From Chlamydiales bacterium (GTDB taxonomy: Bacteria; Chlamydiota; Chlamydiia; Chlamydiales; JBDQID01): a stretch of DNA of 14,980 nt. The stretch is from NCBI GenBank assembly GCA_047611865.1, contig JBLFWS010000074.1, positions 1-14,980 of the forward strand, in the 5' to 3' direction. Positions 1-8,120 of the stretch are shown one piece after another (within the stretch, counting starts at the first letter, position 1; each line of letters starts with the position of its first letter). A program made the position numbers and the translations under genes. The notes under the pieces were generated by a model. The model saw nothing but the letters and a program-made list of their open reading frames with translations, ran no database searches and was not told the DNA's origin.

Positions 1-1
1 G

Positions 2-358
2 TTCTGCTGTGATACGAAAAATATTAGCTTCCGGCACGGGGAGTTTGGAAAAGGCGGCATCCATAGCCATTTTGTAGTTGCTATCAGGATGTGTTGGAGG
101 GACAGGTCTTTCATCTCCCCAAAAAATCTTTACCTTACTCCAGTCAGCCCTATTGGCATTTTTGGGTAGAGCGAGGCGCTCGTACATGGCTTTTGGAGTA
201 CTTCCTCCTGAGAGGGCAACAAAAAAGTTTCCTCTTTTTTCGATAGCCTCATTGGCGAGAGAAAAAAAATGTTCGCTACAAAAGTCAATTGTCTTTTCGT
301 AGTCTCCAGGTATTACGATGTTGTATTTTTCTCCAAATGGCTTAATTTTGCTTTGCAT
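2..358 (-). CDS. pgl: 6-phosphogluconolactonase (DevB/Pgl), 5' part only; runs off the left edge of the window
   Basis: Not in the ORF track. Manual translation from the ATG at 358 gives MQSKIKPFGEKYNIVIPGDYEKTIDFCSEHFFSLANEAIEKRGNFFVALSGGSTPKAMYERL...DWSKVKIFWGDERPVPPTHPDSNYKMAM, open to the edge. LSGGSTP and FWGDER.VP..HPDSNY are 6PGL motifs. It follows zwf-opcA and overlaps the opcA 3' end by 17 nt. Confidence 0.95.
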   Translation of the reverse strand, partial: MQSKIKPFGEKYNIVIPGDYEKTIDFCSEHFFSLANEAIEKRGNFFVALSGGSTPKAMYERLALPKNANRADWSKVKIFWGDERPVPPTHPDSNYKMAMDAAFSKLPVPEANIFRITAE

Positions 359-1442
359 ATTCTTCCTGCTGTTTGGCTAATACCTGTAATGTTTCAAAAT
401 AATCTGAGTTTAACGGGGCATAAAAGGTTTCCTGAATCAAGGACTGTTCTTTATTGAGATACGAAAGAGGGAGTGTTATGGGGAAGTTACATCTTTCAGG
501 AGTGCTTGTCTGAATACGAATAAGCCTGTGGAGGCCTTGTCTTTTGAGGGAATATTTTTGTTTATCATGAGTGGAAATTTCAATAGAGGTGATGGCTCCT
601 GAGCAATATTCTTCACGAGATTCAGGGCTTATAGAAATAGTTAGAGTGCCGTATTTGTGCTGATAAAGAAAGTTTTGTTTTCCCTCAGAGGTGAAAGAAT
701 CGAGAAAGGACCAACCAAGCTTTGCAGCAAGCCAGCATTGTAGGTATCTTGAGCGGAGGGACGGTTGGGGTATTAGTGGGTCAATCAAGTCACTATAGCT
801 GATGTGGATATTTTGGCTTTTTGATAGATGTTCCCGCCTTTCTTTTGTATCGAAAGTTTTTGCCAGAATATGTCTCCATTCGCTAAGGCGTGCCCAATTG
901 AGATCAGTACTTGTATTGTTGGACGGGCTTAAGCGAGAGAGTAGGGTCCGGGTAAAACCGGAGAGGTCATGGCTAGCATCGGAATCATAAATAATTCTTG
1001 TGGAAAATTTTTGCAGTTGCTGGAAGGTTGAGCGGTCTTCACAAGGCTCCTTCCCCCAAGCCAGGTAAACGGGGATGTCAGGAATAATATGAGGCAATAT
1101 GATAAAAGGTACCCTTTCCAGATGCTTGCCGGCAGCTTCAATAGAAATTAACTCGCAGGTAATGCTATGGCCAAGTTTTTCTACGGATTCAGCAGAAACG
1201 CTGGTACGTAGATACTCTTGTCCTATAGTGGAGTTCCCCGTAACAAAAATTATTCGGCAGGGGTACTGATGCATAAGGGTATCGACAAGGTATTGGTAGT
1301 AATCGAGGCGTTCAGAATATGGCGCATAGATGATTAGGGTGTAAAGACAGGCACGCGCCCTGTTATCTTCATCAAAGGAATTCCATATCTCCTGTAGTTC
1401 CTCTTCTATATTTGCCAGGAAGACATCTGCTTTAGTAATCAT
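342..1442 (-). CDS. opcA: Glucose-6-phosphate dehydrogenase assembly protein OpcA
   Basis: 366 aa, located between zwf and pgl. Motifs RACLYTLII, YPCRIIFV, ITCELISI, ILPHIIPDIPVYLAW, RIIYDS, DLNWARLSEWR and WLAAKLGW are typical of OpcA. RBS-like AAGGGGGA ends 8 nt before the ATG. Confidence 0.9.
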   Translation of the reverse strand: MITKADVFLANIEEELQEIWNSFDEDNRARACLYTLIIYAPYSERLDYYQYLVDTLMHQYPCRIIFVTGNSTIGQEYLRTSVSAESVEKLGHSITCELISIEAAGKHLERVPFIILPHIIPDIPVYLAWGKEPCEDRSTFQQLQKFSTRIIYDSDASHDLSGFTRTLLSRLSPSNNTSTDLNWARLSEWRHILAKTFDTKERREHLSKSQNIHISYSDLIDPLIPQPSLRSRYLQCWLAAKLGWSFLDSFTSEGKQNFLYQHKYGTLTISISPESREEYCSGAITSIEISTHDKQKYSLKRQGLHRLIRIQTSTPERCNFPITLPLSYLNKEQSLIQETFYAPLNSDYFETLQVLAKQQEEYAKQN

Positions 1443-1464
1443 AGTAAAGGTCCCCCTTAACTTA

Positions 1465-3012
1465 TTATAGGATGCGCCAGGATCGACCTGTTTTGCTTAT
1501 CATTTCATCGGCAGCCTGCGGGCCCCATGTTCCAGAAGGGTAATTGGGGAAGTCCTCAGGTATTTCCTCGGACCACCTATCAAGTATGGGGGTCAGAAGG
1601 CGCCAGGAGGCCAGTACCTCATCACCACGCGTGAATAGTGTACTGTCACCAGAGATGCAGTCGCAGATTAATCTTTCGTAAGCATCGGGAGAGCTTAAGC
1701 CAAAGGTAGATCCATAGTGAAAATTCATTTTTACAGGTTGAAAGCGGCTGCTAAGTCCCGGAACTTTGCAATTTATTTTCAAAGAAATACCTGCGTCTGG
1801 TTGAATCCGGATTACAAGAACGTTAGCCTCAACAGACTGGACATTTTGCTGGAAAAGTATGCTGGGAACATCTTTGAAGGTGATGGCAATTTCGGTAGCG
1901 CGTTTTGGTAGTCGCTTGCCGGCGCGTAGAAAGAAAGGAACACCGGTCCAGCGCCAGTTGTCGATAAAGAATTCCAGGGCTACAAAAGTTTCTGTTTGAG
2001 ATGTGGGGCAAACATTCTCTTCTTCACGGTAACCTTTGACGCTTTGTGAATTTATGAACCCAGGGGCATATTGTCCTCGAACAACCTGCTTATGAAAAGA
2101 AGACAAATCAACTGGACGGATAGACTGGAGTACCTTGACCTTCTCGTCACGAATGGAGTCGGCGTTGAGGTTAACAGGGGGTTCCATGGCTACCAGACAG
2201 AGGAGTTGCATCAGATGGTTTTGGACGACATCGCGCAGGAGGCCAGCTTCTTCAAAAAAACGCCCTCGGGTTCCTATGCCAATGTCTTCACCTACAGTAA
2301 TTTGAATATGATCGATATTTTGCTTATTCCAAAGTGACTCAAAAATAGAATTCGCGAATCGAAAAACCATCAGGTTTTGGACTGTTTCCTTACCCAGGTA
2401 GTGATCGATACGGTAAACCTGGTCTTCACTTAAGTATTTGAGGAGGTGTTTTTCCAGAGAGATTGCCGAAGCCAAGTCGTGGCCAAAGGGCTTTTCTACG
2501 ATGACTCGGGACCATTTATCCAAAGTTGTTTTGCTATTGTATAGCAAACCGTGCTCGTAGAGTTTTTCCGTTATCAATGGAAAGTGGCTGGGAGGGGTAG
2601 AAAGGTAATGTATTCTGTTGCCACGAGTACCAAATTCTTTGTCAAGCTCATCCAAAAAAACGTGTAGAGAGCTGTATCCCAGGTCTTTGTCAAACTCAGA
2701 TTTATGATAGAAAAGCTGTTTGCTAAAGGTATCCCAAACTTCCGCATCGACCTCGCCAGTCGTTGAGTGAGTACGGATGGCATTGTACATCTCTTCTCGG
2801 AAGAGATCGTGATCCTTTTCTCTACGGGCAAATCCGACACAGGCGAATTGAGTGGGAAGCTGACCTTTGAGAGCTAGCTGATATAGCGAGGGAATAAGTT
2901 TGCGTGCGGTGAGATCTCCCGTAGCTCCGAAAATCACAAGGATGCAAGGATTTAGGGCTTCGAAGGTTTGAGATGCTTCTTCTAAGGGGTTTTCCAGGAT
3001 AGTGCTTTCCAT
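1465..3012 (-). CDS. zwf: Glucose-6-phosphate 1-dehydrogenase
   Basis: GATGDL NADP-binding motif, EKPFG, RIDHYLGKETVQN and DNWRWTGVPFFLRAGKRL. The ORF track starts at 3030. The ATG at 3012 (MESTILENP) is preferred because AGGA lies 5 nt upstream and the predicted promoter lies very close to 3030. Confidence 0.97.
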   Translation of the reverse strand: MESTILENPLEEASQTFEALNPCILVIFGATGDLTARKLIPSLYQLALKGQLPTQFACVGFARREKDHDLFREEMYNAIRTHSTTGEVDAEVWDTFSKQLFYHKSEFDKDLGYSSLHVFLDELDKEFGTRGNRIHYLSTPPSHFPLITEKLYEHGLLYNSKTTLDKWSRVIVEKPFGHDLASAISLEKHLLKYLSEDQVYRIDHYLGKETVQNLMVFRFANSIFESLWNKQNIDHIQITVGEDIGIGTRGRFFEEAGLLRDVVQNHLMQLLCLVAMEPPVNLNADSIRDEKVKVLQSIRPVDLSSFHKQVVRGQYAPGFINSQSVKGYREEENVCPTSQTETFVALEFFIDNWRWTGVPFFLRAGKRLPKRATEIAITFKDVPSILFQQNVQSVEANVLVIRIQPDAGISLKINCKVPGLSSRFQPVKMNFHYGSTFGLSSPDAYERLICDCISGDSTLFTRGDEVLASWRLLTPILDRWSEEIPEDFPNYPSGTWGPQAADEMISKTGRSWRIL

Positions 3013-3047
3013 TTTTTCCTGTCGGTACATGCTTTCGTAAGGGGGTT

Positions 3048-3076
3048 ACTATAAACTTTAACTTCGGAAAAAGCAA
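3048..3076 (-). promoter_or_regulatory. Putative sigma70/sigma66 promoter of the zwf-opcA-pgl operon
   Basis: Minus strand TTGCTT (3076-3071), 17-nt spacer, TATAGT (3053-3048), directly upstream of zwf. Confidence 0.55.
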
Positions 3077-3188
3077 GTATACAGCGATTATTCGTTGTGA
3101 ATAAGGGGTAGACGGAAATTTCAATTTTGTTGATAGTCCAGACCTAAATCTAAGTCTACAAATTCAAAATTTAACTTTCTGGTGACTT

Positions 3189-6100
3189 ATGCAAGCATTC
3201 TATCGTGATGTTCCAGCTTTCAAAAAATATATCTCTCCAAAGCTATTACAAGAGTTATTAGAAGATACTGAGCCTGTCCCTGGTGTGGCGGGGTTACAGG
3301 TAAAGCGTGGATTGATGGAGGCGTTTAGCAGAACGGAGACAGCGGAGTCACTGGATTTTATCTGTCGCTTGTATATTAAGGTGCGAAAGGATCTTTCATT
3401 ACTTTTGGAAAAGCGTCGTGTGGACCGCAATTTTATTGACATTACGACAAAAGCATGCGGGATAAGAAACGAAAAAAATGCAACGGATTACCTGAGCGTT
3501 GATTATGAGACTGTGATCGGCAAGAGAAATGAGGATGGTGAATTGGTTGTAGGTCCTTATTCGAACATGTTTTCAGGGGAACATCAGATTGCAGAAATTC
3601 CGGACTGTTTAAAGGGGAAACATGTCACCCTTTTTGGTCCTGCTGACAGTGCAAAGATGTCCATTAATGCGATGAATGCCTGGCATAGAATCCCTAAGAA
3701 TGAGTCTGCTATTATTACAAAATTGGTAAATGATTCAGGGATAATCCCCAAGTGGGGAGCAGATGATGAAGATTCCAAGACACCAGAAAACACCACCTTT
3801 GCATCAGCCTGTAATAATTTGATTGATTGTTTTCATCGAACTATATCCTTTAGAGATGAGAAGAGCTCTCAGGAATATCACTTAGCTAGTGACAAACTTT
3901 CCCTTCCTATCAAAAGACCTCCTGGTTTGGAGTTACCAGACGGTGGGCACATATTTCAAGGTAACCCTTTACCCCTTCATTTGTACGACTTCGCTAACCA
4001 TCTCTTCCATTGCTGGGATAAGCCGGAAGCTTTGAGTTTTTATATACCTAAATTGGAAAATGAAGGCGAAGCCCAGTATGTGAAAAAGCTTGTCTCCAAA
4101 GCTGAAGAGATGATTCAGGAGTTACATCCAGAATATAAGTCTGGGTCAGTACGATTGTTTATCGTGTTTGAAAATCCACGAGCCATATTTCGTATGCGTG
4201 AGATTATTTCAGAACTCTATCCCTACTTTGCTGGAGGCTCCTTGGGGTGGCACGATTACCTGGCATCAACAGCAAGGCTATTCCGTTTTGACAAAAACTA
4301 CCGCATACCTGTGAAAGCAGACCCTAACATTGTTATCGACCATATTAAAGCTTCCCATGTACTTGTAGCCAAGACTGTGGGGGAGCATGGGGGTATTGGC
4401 ATAGGAGGAATGTACGGCGTATTGCCTGAAGGGGGTAATGCGGAGTCAGAGGCTGTCGCGATGATAGGCTTTATCAAAGACGTCGTTACACAAATGAAGA
4501 GGGGCTTAGACGGTTTTTGGGTGGCTCATCCCGATTTTGTACGACCAGGAATTGCTTTGGTAGAGGCGTGGGGTAGGTATGCAGAGGATTCGGAAGATAA
4601 ATCTTTGTTTCAGCTAATTGGAGAGCTAATAGAGGATTCTCAAGATCAGGGTATGCTTGTAGAATTTATCAAAGGCAAGGATGTCATGGGATTGGATGGT
4701 GAGGATCCATTATTTCCAAGAGCTCTATTAGCGGCAAACATACGGGAATCGAATGTTATCCCTAACAATCATCCCGATGAAATACGCTATAATGTTTTTC
4801 AAGCCCTACAGTATATGGTCGATTGGCTATGCGGAAATGGTTGTGTGGCTTTACCCGCGATGATGAAAAACTCTCAGGGGAAAGATGTATTTGTACGGAT
4901 TATGGACGACCTGGCAACGACTGAGCGGTCACGCTGGGAGCTTTGGGCAGAGGTTTATCATAAAAGGTTTTCTCAGAGTGATTTTCTAAAGGTCGCTTAT
5001 GAAGAGATGCATTTTATTCAGAAGGGTAAAGAAAGCGAAATTAAAAAGACCCAGGTTAAATGGAATAAGCTAACGGAAAAATGGTACCCAGTTGCCTTAA
5101 AGGTTCTTATCCAGCTGGTGACAGATCCAAATCCAGTGGAATTTGTGAGCGAACTTTTACTTCCCTTTACTTTTGATAGCATCCGTCAGTCGGATGATCC
5201 ATGGAAGAAAGCTTCTGCAATGGAAGGGCATAAATATTCCCTGGAGGATGATGTTAGAGGGTTTTGTTCTTATTTCCAGCAATGTGGAAGTGTAAAATAT
5301 GCTGAGGGGATGTCTCAACAGGACTACAACACTGTGGAGGACTTACTCTCTATCTCACGCGAAAAGATTCTGGAATTTGATATTGATGAGATCAATGCAG
5401 CGGCGGGCTTTCACGGAACTATAGGAGAATCTCAGGCTACTCTCAATGGGGTGGAATCAGAAGAGCAGGCTCTAGTGCAAGAATCCCATGAGGAGCTTCT
5501 GGAAAAAGGATCTCTCTATCAAAAACAGTTTGGAATGAAGTTCTTGATTGCAGCGAGCGGTAAAAGCAGTGAAATAATACTGAGAGAGCTGGATGGACGT
5601 TTAAAGAATAACTTGGATGAAGAAATTCAAAATGCCAAAGAGGCTCTTGTGGCAATCACAGAAAAGCGCTTAAAAGAACAATGTGGAAACCCAGATAATT
5701 TTAGCTTCTTGTCTACGGGAAAAATCATAGAAGATCTTTTGGGAAAATATGAGGTAGCAGGTGTTAATGTGAGCCTGCTGAGAAAGGGGAGTGAAGGATT
5801 ATGTGAGCTATCAGGGGATTTCTCAGCTGGACTCTCGAATAAGGAAAACATGACAGCTATGAAAGCCGGAACTATTTTACAAATGGCCTCACTCAGCAAA
5901 ACGATTGCAGCGGCATTTGCCATGGAATATTTTAGAAAAAAAGAGATCAGCCTTGATACCCCAGTGAATGACTTACTTTTAGCGTCCGGATCTCCATTTC
6001 AAATTCAGTCGGCAGTAAATTGTCCGAATGAGTGGGCAGCAGAAGTGAGCTTGAAGCACCTTCTAAATCATTCAGCAATGGGTATGCATTATGTAGATGG

Positions 6101-8042
6101 CTATCCCTTGGGTCAGGGCAGTCCCGATGCTTTTGACCTTCTTTTAGGTACTCATGGAACTGAGGCTATTCTTTTACATAAAAAACCTGGAACAGAGTTT
6201 CATTATTCAGGGGGAGGCTTTCTCCTTCTTCAGCATTTGTTAGAAGCGATATTTTCCAAGTCAATAGCAGATATTATGCGTCCGTTTCTTGATGATTTGG
6301 GTATGCAGGATTTTAGTTTTCGTGAGATGGAAAACAAAGAATACGCTTTTGGCTTTAGGGATGATGGGAATCTCGTCGCAGCAGAGGGCCGGCTAGCTTT
6401 TCCAGAACTCGCAGCTGGTGGAGAAGGGACGACGAATGCTATGGCTAAGTTTTTGTCTCACCTCGTGAATGCCTATCATTCCCTTGAGGGTTCTGGTCCG
6501 TTATCTCATGACACCGCGGTTGAAATGCTCTATGCGGGTCGAGACTTTGGCAGTATGGAATTTATGGGGGCAAAGATGGGCCTCGGTGTCTTTTTAGGGG
6601 AAGCGGGACCTAATAGAATAGCTGTGCATCAAGCGGCAAATGATGGATTCAGGGGTTTGTATCTTGTTTGTTATAAGGGCCCCGACGAGGGAAAGGGTTT
6701 TGTAATTGTAAGCAATGGAGACAATAAGGCTACGTTGCTTAATTGTGAGATAGCCAGGAATTTGATGGAAGCTGAGGAATGGAGAGGAACGGATTTTAAA
6801 TCAATAAAGCCCCTGGAAATTACGGGTCTTAAGCAGGAAGAGATAGTCAATATAGGTGTGAAAGAAATGCTCCTTAAACATCTCTCTATTGAATTAGCAG
6901 ATCCGATGCTGGCTTTAGGAGACGTTGATCCTTTTTCTCCTGTAAACCTGGCGTGTAATTCCACAATCAACTTTTGCTCTAATCAAAGATTTGCTCGAGC
7001 AGAAAACTTGTTTTTATCGACGTTACCCGCATTTGATCCAGAGGCTTATGGAAAAGATGGCAAGATTATGGATAGCTGGGAATCTGAACGTCATAATGTA
7101 GAGGATTATGATTTTGTCGAATTTACTCTACAGTCGCCTGCTTCTTTTAATATGCTTCATCTGTCTACCATGTTTCATGATGGGAACCATGCCGAGAGTA
7201 TTCAGCTTGAAGCCTGGGAGGGTGAGCAATGGGTGGACTTGATTGAAAAAATTCCGCTTGAGGGACACTCCAGTCATTGGTTTAGGCTAGAGAAAGCTCA
7301 AGAGGGACTATGGTCTAAACTGAGATTGCGTAACTATCCTGATGGGGGAATATCCAGGATTGGACTCTATCATTTAAAAGATTTAAAACCTTTAGTTCAG
7401 GATCTTGAACTGAAGTCATTCTTGGAAGGGACAGAAAAGAAGCTAATCATTCCCTATTCTTTTTCCATTCCTACTCAAAAAGAAAAAAAAATGACAATGC
7501 CTCATCTGATTGAGGAAGCAGAAGTGGAAAAGAATTGGAAAGGCGTAAAGCTTGGGGACAGGGTCAATGTCGCGAGTGAGTGCATGGGAGGGGAAATTCT
7601 TGAGGTTTCTAACGAACACTATGGTTCTGCGTACAGGATCTTGTCGTCTGAGATAGCTCTCGGAATGGATGACGGTTTTGAAACGAAAAGGAATAGGGAA
7701 GGGAAGTTTGAAGAGATTATTTTTGCGTTAGGAAGGCCAGCAATAATTGAAGAAATAGAGCTGGATTTTACTCATTTCGTAAACAACAACCCCATGAATA
7801 TGGATGTGTCCGGATATCTTGAAGGAGAATGGATGGACTTGCTTCCTAAAACTTTTGTGAAGCCTTACCGGGGTAATAAATTTAGAAGGCATACGGAAAA
7901 ATGTGGGGATCGTGTATCACAAATTAGAGTCCGTATTTATCCCTGTGGAGGTTTTAACAGAATAAAAGTTATGTGCACGGCAGATCAGGAGCTTCTGAAA
8001 ATTGAGCAAAAAATTCAGGGGTCTGTGATGACTCCTGAATGA
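3189..8042 (+). CDS. Four-domain fusion: malate synthase A-like / OHCU decarboxylase (UraD) / beta-lactamase-family serine hydrolase / allantoicase
   Basis: 1617-aa open frame. aa ~40-660 malate synthase: ADDEDSKTP, KRPPG, FYIPKLE, IVFEN, GWHDY, GGM, DGFWVAHP, WLCGNGCV, IMDDLATTERSR. aa ~690-830 UraD: CGSVKYAEGM, HGTIGE, SEEQA, YQKQFGMKFLIAASGKS..IL..L..RL.N...E...A, ITEKRL. aa ~845-1195 serine hydrolase: ASLSK (SxxK), LLNHSA, PGTEFHYSGGG, HQAANDGF. aa ~1250-1595 two allantoicase repeats: MDSWESERH and YPDGGISRIGLY; SNEHYG, MDDGFETKRNR, DFTHFVNNNP and IYPCGGFNRIKV. Confidence 0.88.
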   Translation: MQAFYRDVPAFKKYISPKLLQELLEDTEPVPGVAGLQVKRGLMEAFSRTETAESLDFICRLYIKVRKDLSLLLEKRRVDRNFIDITTKACGIRNEKNATDYLSVDYETVIGKRNEDGELVVGPYSNMFSGEHQIAEIPDCLKGKHVTLFGPADSAKMSINAMNAWHRIPKNESAIITKLVNDSGIIPKWGADDEDSKTPENTTFASACNNLIDCFHRTISFRDEKSSQEYHLASDKLSLPIKRPPGLELPDGGHIFQGNPLPLHLYDFANHLFHCWDKPEALSFYIPKLENEGEAQYVKKLVSKAEEMIQELHPEYKSGSVRLFIVFENPRAIFRMREIISELYPYFAGGSLGWHDYLASTARLFRFDKNYRIPVKADPNIVIDHIKASHVLVAKTVGEHGGIGIGGMYGVLPEGGNAESEAVAMIGFIKDVVTQMKRGLDGFWVAHPDFVRPGIALVEAWGRYAEDSEDKSLFQLIGELIEDSQDQGMLVEFIKGKDVMGLDGEDPLFPRALLAANIRESNVIPNNHPDEIRYNVFQALQYMVDWLCGNGCVALPAMMKNSQGKDVFVRIMDDLATTERSRWELWAEVYHKRFSQSDFLKVAYEEMHFIQKGKESEIKKTQVKWNKLTEKWYPVALKVLIQLVTDPNPVEFVSELLLPFTFDSIRQSDDPWKKASAMEGHKYSLEDDVRGFCSYFQQCGSVKYAEGMSQQDYNTVEDLLSISREKILEFDIDEINAAAGFHGTIGESQATLNGVESEEQALVQESHEELLEKGSLYQKQFGMKFLIAASGKSSEIILRELDGRLKNNLDEEIQNAKEALVAITEKRLKEQCGNPDNFSFLSTGKIIEDLLGKYEVAGVNVSLLRKGSEGLCELSGDFSAGLSNKENMTAMKAGTILQMASLSKTIAAAFAMEYFRKKEISLDTPVNDLLLASGSPFQIQSAVNCPNEWAAEVSLKHLLNHSAMGMHYVDGYPLGQGSPDAFDLLLGTHGTEAILLHKKPGTEFHYSGGGFLLLQHLLEAIFSKSIADIMRPFLDDLGMQDFSFREMENKEYAFGFRDDGNLVAAEGRLAFPELAAGGEGTTNAMAKFLSHLVNAYHSLEGSGPLSHDTAVEMLYAGRDFGSMEFMGAKMGLGVFLGEAGPNRIAVHQAANDGFRGLYLVCYKGPDEGKGFVIVSNGDNKATLLNCEIARNLMEAEEWRGTDFKSIKPLEITGLKQEEIVNIGVKEMLLKHLSIELADPMLALGDVDPFSPVNLACNSTINFCSNQRFARAENLFLSTLPAFDPEAYGKDGKIMDSWESERHNVEDYDFVEFTLQSPASFNMLHLSTMFHDGNHAESIQLEAWEGEQWVDLIEKIPLEGHSSHWFRLEKAQEGLWSKLRLRNYPDGGISRIGLYHLKDLKPLVQDLELKSFLEGTEKKLIIPYSFSIPTQKEKKMTMPHLIEEAEVEKNWKGVKLGDRVNVASECMGGEILEVSNEHYGSAYRILSSEIALGMDDGFETKRNREGKFEEIIFALGRPAIIEEIELDFTHFVNNNPMNMDVSGYLEGEWMDLLPKTFVKPYRGNKFRRHTEKCGDRVSQIRVRIYPCGGFNRIKVMCTADQELLKIEQKIQGSVMTPE

Positions 8043-8072
8043 TATGTCCTCTTAGCAATTTGAGCGTTGAAA

Positions 8073-8111
8073 GTGCGACACAAAAAAGTAATCAACTCTT
8101 TTGTGCCGCAC
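8073..8111 (-). terminator. Stem-loop between the convergent fusion gene and MATE gene; probable terminator
   Basis: Plus strand GTGCGACACAAAAAAG-TAATCAA-CTCTTTTGTGCCGCAC. The two A/C mismatches become G-U pairs in the minus-strand RNA, giving a ~16-bp continuous stem that starts 10 nt after the MATE stop. It is followed by only a short UUUC. Confidence 0.6.
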
Positions 8112-8120
8112 CTACCGAGC

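Noticed and set aside
78..457. Plus-strand ORFs 78..302 and 269..457
   Set aside because: They are antisense to the clearly recognisable pgl and opcA genes and have no motifs.
802..3124. Short ORFs within or opposite opcA and zwf (802..990, 929..1141, 1717..1911, 1829..2011, 2071..2337, 2574..2840, 2822..3124)
   Set aside because: Shadow or alternative-frame ORFs over conserved genes, with no recognisable family features.
5721..6773. Calling the SxxK domain an antibiotic-resistance class C beta-lactamase
   Set aside because: It is internal to a metabolic fusion with no signal peptide, has YSG rather than YxN and lacks KTG. The fold is shared by many non-resistance hydrolases.
3200..6970. 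Minus-strand ORFs inside the fusion gene (3200..3442, 3584..3796, 5443..5655, 5627..5923, 6671..6970)
   Set aside because: Their Ser/Phe/Pro-rich composition is typical of antisense frames of a real gene.
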